Positions 57,302 through 64,000 of a stretch of DNA of 64,000 nt are shown here, one piece after another (the stretch's first letter is position 1; every line of letters starts with the position of its first letter). The position numbers and the translations under genes are program-made. A model generated the notes under the pieces. That model was given only the letters and a program-made list of their open reading frames with translations. It searched no databases and had not been told where the DNA came from. The stretch comes from the human T2T-CHM13v2.0 reference genome, Homo sapiens, in NCBI RefSeq assembly GCF_009914755.1, contig NC_060926.1; one strand, given 5' to 3'.

Positions 57302-58975
57302 CTGTTATAAAAGACACATATATATCATACAATTTGTTAGTTTTGCTTTATTATAATTAAAGCTGTAGTTAGTTCAATTAAATGCCTGAAAAGCTAAATA
57401 ATTTCTTGTCACAAATACGGAATAGATAGAAAAGATACATTTTAGATGTATACATATTTCCATCTACATATGATAGAAGGATTTTCATGTTGTCTCTTGG
57501 AAAAGACCCTTGAGACTTACATTCCAGTCCCAGTCAATCCTTTAGCTTGTCCTAGACTTTTTTGGAATTTACTGTTTCCCCTTTTGTTCTTCATTCCTTT
57601 TAGGTTGCCCCACATCTAAAAGGCTAAGATGTGAAATAGCATTTTGAATACCATAAGTGAAAGAGTATACCAAGACTTTGGAAGTCTGGGAAAAGATGCC
57701 TTTGCCAACTATTTCCCACTGCACCATTGAGCATTTCCTAGCAATTAGGGAGCAGGACAGTGAGTGGTAGGGTTCAAGCCCCAGCAAACGCCCACGTCTG
57801 TTCCTGATGTCACTGTAAGGAAAGCAAGAAGCAATGCCACTACCACTCTTATGCATCTGCTTGATGGAACTATCAACTGATCATACTTGTAATGGAGGCC
57901 CAAAGCCACTTAACTGGGAAGAAAACAGAAGTAAAATTAGGCACTAAGCGAAGAGAGGAAATCAACAACGCCCCCCGTGACTATGTCTCCATAAACAATG
58001 ATTCAGTTAGACTCATGAACAGAGTGAGGCAGAGGACGGTTGATATGGGAAAACTCTTATTTTCTTTATTTTGGCGTAATACAAAGACCTCAAAGAAAAA
58101 TCTTAGCATCCCCTGAAAACTAAAAAGGACAATAGAGCTCTAAGAAAAGACTTGAAGATATTAAAGCTGGGAAACACACTAAAGGGGAGTAAACAAAGAA
58201 ACCTAAGGTGGCAGGTTAGTGCACACTTTGAAACATTCTATAATGACATGGTACATTAAGATTAGAGAATAGTTTCTCTCTCAGTTAGCAAATTCCAAAA
58301 CCCTGAATGCCACCTGCTGGCAAAGCGAGAGGCAATGACTTTATGATTTCAGCTGTACTTGTGAGCTTTAATATTTCTTTGATGTTTCTTCACAGCCAGC
58401 AAACCACTCAAATCTTTTTGAAATTCCATTGATTTTTATCTTTTATGCTTTACTTTTTTTTACTTCAGCAAAAGTTAGACTATATAATATAATGCTAAAA
58501 CATCCCAAAGAGAAAAAATTTAAGCAATTTCACAATTATTTTATGTGACTTATTGGGTTAGCTAATTTTTTCATAAAATTTATTCATATTCTCCTTATGG
58601 AAGCCAGTTTCAGTGATAGGAAGTCACCATATTAATACCCAATACTTCATTTAACCAAGCAGAGATTGTCCCAAGGATATATAATCCAATGGCAAACTGT
58701 GATATTATCCTTACAAAATGGAAATACAAGAGGAAACAAAACTATAATATTGCTTTCATTGAGAAAACAATAAAATCAAGTCATTGGGAAAAATTAAGTT
58801 AACCAGCCTATTTGCTGAATCCACAAAGAATAATATTTTGGGTCAAAATTTGAAGAACATGTTTTACCCAATTTTTGAAAATACCAAAAGGAGAGGATCT
58901 AAAATAATTTTTTTTACATTAAGTTATAGTTAGCTCTAATCAGAGTAAAAAGATGAAAAAAAATATGCCATATTC

Positions 58976-59306
<331 letters not shown>

Positions 59307-59805
59307 TTAAGTATCTTTGTATACCAGGTAAAAATACAATACAAAGAATTTCTCCTTGAAATTTGAAATATATAAGAGCAGAGTAAAATCCAATTAATTC
59401 CCAGTAGGCAACATCAAATACCTAATAAAACATGTATTTATTGGGGGAAGGTTAGAAAATTAAAAGGGAAAGTGATCTTGAGAAACAAAGCACAAATGAA
59501 CTCAGGAGTGAATGAAAATAATGTGCATCATGTGGGACTAGGGGAAGAGTTGGAGAGGAGAAATCAAAGAACAAATGCTGGAGGTTATATTTAATGAGCG
59601 TTTACCTCTTGTGTTATGGGACACAAGAAAAGTTAACAAAATAGAGCAGGTCACTTCATGCAAATGTCAGTACAAAGGTCATTAAAGCTATCATGTCCAC
59701 CAACAAAGCAATATTTTAATTCTGGTCCTTTGATATTTCTCTCCAGCCATTTTATGCACTTTCCCTGCAACTTATAAAGCCATAAGCCATAAAAAATACT
59801 TCTTA

Positions 59806-60051
<246 letters not shown>

Positions 60052-60265
60052 TTACAAGTTAACCTGGGAATTTTTTTTAACAGTGTGTTTGGATCAATGG
60101 AAATTTTATCCAGCTGATTAGAGAACCACAGTATAAAACAACAGGGAAATTAAGTTGTTTTTTTTTTTTAAAGAGACTGTGGGGGTCAGTCAGGAGCATC
60201 AACAGTTCCAAATAGCAACTATTATGATGCACTAATATGGCAGTCTAAAAGTTCATATTCAGCCA

Positions 60266-60557
60266 GCCAGGCACAGTGGTTCATGCCTGTGGTCCTAGCA
60301 CTTTGGGAGGCCAACATAGAAGGATTGCTTGAGGCCCATGTTTCAAGACCAGCCTGGGCAACATGGCAAGACCCCATCTCTACAAAAATTAAAAGATTAG
60401 CTGGGCATGATGGCACTTGCCCATAGTCTCAGCTACTCAGGAAGCTGAGGTGGGAGGATTGCTTGAGCCCAGAAGTTCAAGTCTGCAGCATGCTGTGATT
60501 GTGCTGCTGCACTCCAGCCTGGGCAACAGAGCAAGAACCTGTCTCAAAAAAAAAAAA
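60266..60557 (+). mobile_element. AluJ
   Basis: Dimeric Alu, flanking repeat ttcatattca. Confidence 0.88.
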
Positions 60558-61432
60558 TTCATATTCACCTTCTGAACTTTCTCCTCTGTTTCCTTTATTT
60601 GTCCTTTGCTTCTCTTTTTTACACCCAGGAAAACTTACAAATACCTTTTAAAAGAAGCTATCAAGCCATTTTGCTCCTCAGTTTTCCATTCTGAGGCACA
60701 GAGAACATTTCCGTCATTTTCAAGGAAGGATAGCTGATATAATGAAGTAGAACTGAATAATCATCATTCACAAAGACTAAAATAGCCTAAAGCTTATCCA
60801 AGGGTCCTAAGACCCAATTGTGAAATTCTAGGAGAAAGCTAAGTCTCCTATAACACTTCTCAAATGTGAAGATTGGGAAATTTAAATTTAAACCTGAAGA
60901 AAAGCATTATCGGTGTTGCTGGATTGATTCAGACTGAACAACTTGTAATGAGATATTAGCATTGATATCTCAATCCCAGCCTGTATCAAGAAAGTTCTGA
61001 AAGGAATAGTTCCAACCTCCATCTTTAAAAATCTTTACAGCTAATTCATGTTAGAGTAATCATCTTAATAATAATGAAGCATAAGTGATGTTTAGTTGTA
61101 ATAATATTATTAGATTGAGTTAGAACACAAAATCCAATCTCTTAGCTAGGAAAACGTGGCAAACACTAAGAATAAAATTCATAGCCCCAAAACAACAAGT
61201 ATTTTTAGTACACCACTAGGTGTGTTTGGGTAACATGTCCTCAAATAGGATTATATTTAATAAACTCTCTTAAAGCTTCTATAAATAAGGGCATAAAATA
61301 GACATGGCTTCTAGAGTATACAGCCTAAAAGAAATCAGAATGAGCCTTTGATTAATCCAGTAGATGTTCAGTGTATAGAGGGAGAGAGAAAATTCTAAAA
61401 ATACAGGAATCAATATGTTTTCACATCACTTA

Positions 61433-61675
<243 letters not shown>

Positions 61676-62390
61676 TTATTATATTTCTTCAGCATCACTA
61701 ACTACGTGGTTTGTTTTGATTTTTTTTAGCTATAATCAAATCAGAAGTGCTAAAAATCTAAATTCTCAATTTTCAGAAATTTCATGCAAGTTATCATTTA
61801 AATAAATGAGAATCGTATTAATGGTATAATAAAATGTAAGAAGAAATAAATAAAATTCCATAACTCTTTAAGAGTTTCTGAAATTTATGTTTCAAAAATC
61901 TCCATTGCATTACTCCAAGATGAAATTAAACCCATCACACTTTCCAAATAAGACAGTGAAACAAAATTTGGGCCATTAAACAAAATACCGTCAATATTTG
62001 TTACTCGATCCCGAATTACAGTTCCATTTAGAAGATGCAGGTAAAAATCTGATTTTTATCATCCAGAAAAGCAGTGTGCTTTTTACATTTTAAATGATCA
62101 AATTTCAAAAATTACTACCAAATATCTATCCAGTTTTGAAAGAATGTCTACTATTTCTTTTAATTAGGCTCCTGGACTCCACTTCGAATAAAATTAAAAG
62201 TTGCTCAAGGCTAATCCATATAATAGACTGCTTTGTTTAATAGGTCACATGTAATAGTATAGCATGGAAAAGGTGCTGATTAACATAAAATATCTCAAGG
62301 GCCTTTTTTGTTAGAAAACAAAGGAACTTTCCCCTCTACTCCCTCTAAAAGTGAAAAGCTATCAACACTTTGTGCTCAGGGTTCCATTCA

Positions 62391-62603
<213 letters not shown>

Positions 62604-63201
62604 TCACCACTCCTTCAGATGAGCAAGGATGGTGAAGTAGCTTACAAATGATATGCTTTCTGCTTTTTCAAATGCTATCTTCTAGGTTGTCTTACCTGAT
62701 TTTAACATAAACCTCTGAGGCAGACAGATAGCTAGCATTCTGTCCATTTTACAGAAGGGCAAATTGAGGCACAAAAAGGCTTAATGAAGCGTCCAAAATC
62801 TCAGTAAGTTAGGAAGAATTTGGTAAGAATTCAAGCATTCTGGATGCTAGTCCAATGCACTTTCAATGACACTGAGGAGAGTATTTCTCAGATATTTTCG
62901 AGACTCCTTGATGGTATGGGCACCTTAGCCCCATGTGCAACTTTAGATTTTGTTAAACACAGAAGACATTTTAAAGATTACCAGGAAATCACTCTGAAAA
63001 AGATGGTAATGGTGGTTCCAAATCTGTTCTGTCTGTTTACTCCCAGGTATGCAAAATGATATATGAACAAGGTATTAATTGCAGTCTTATTGGCAATAGC
63101 AAAAGATAAGGAATGATATAAAAATTGATCAGTAGAGGACTAGTTAAACAAATTATGAACATAAAAGAAGGAATATTATGCCATTATAAAAAAATAATTA
63201 A

Positions 63202-63825
<624 letters not shown>

Positions 63826-64000
63826 AGAAATAACTTCATGTGCTGAAATGGAAAGCTCTGGAAAATATCTTCAGTACATTCACAAGATGCAGAACTGTGC
63901 ATATAGTTTACTACCATATATAGATATGTAAATACAGTTAAATATCTATATTTGTATGTTCTTGTTTATTCATTAAAAAATCTCTAGAACTAAAATAAAG

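Overview
Human-type (primate) genomic DNA from the interior of LRP2 (megalin, LDL-receptor family), transcribed on the minus strand. I traced 24 consecutive coding exons (62581 down to 2504), all with GT-AG sites and continuous reading frame (4477 nt). They encode YWTD beta-propeller/EGF modules and a cluster of eight LDL-receptor class A repeats. From recalled gene structure these are exons 11-34; the numbering is recalled, not computed. The introns hold a full-length, two-ORF-intact L1HS (Ta-1d) with target-site duplication (TSD), two 5'-truncated older L1PA copies in the same orientation, several L1 3' fragments, about 11 Alus, MER44, MLT1, a HAL1-like element, MIR/L2 remnants and an 85-bp VNTR. 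I see no wholly new biological system. The best leads are: (1) the L1HS antisense promoter/ORF0 points into LRP2 with a splice donor in phase with the next exon, which predicts an ORF0-LRP2 fusion; (2) a local duplication creates a decoy copy of an exon end, its 5' splice site and a UG repeat; (3) same-orientation L1s flank three exons whose loss would be in-frame; (4) an Alu has an in-place internal inversion.
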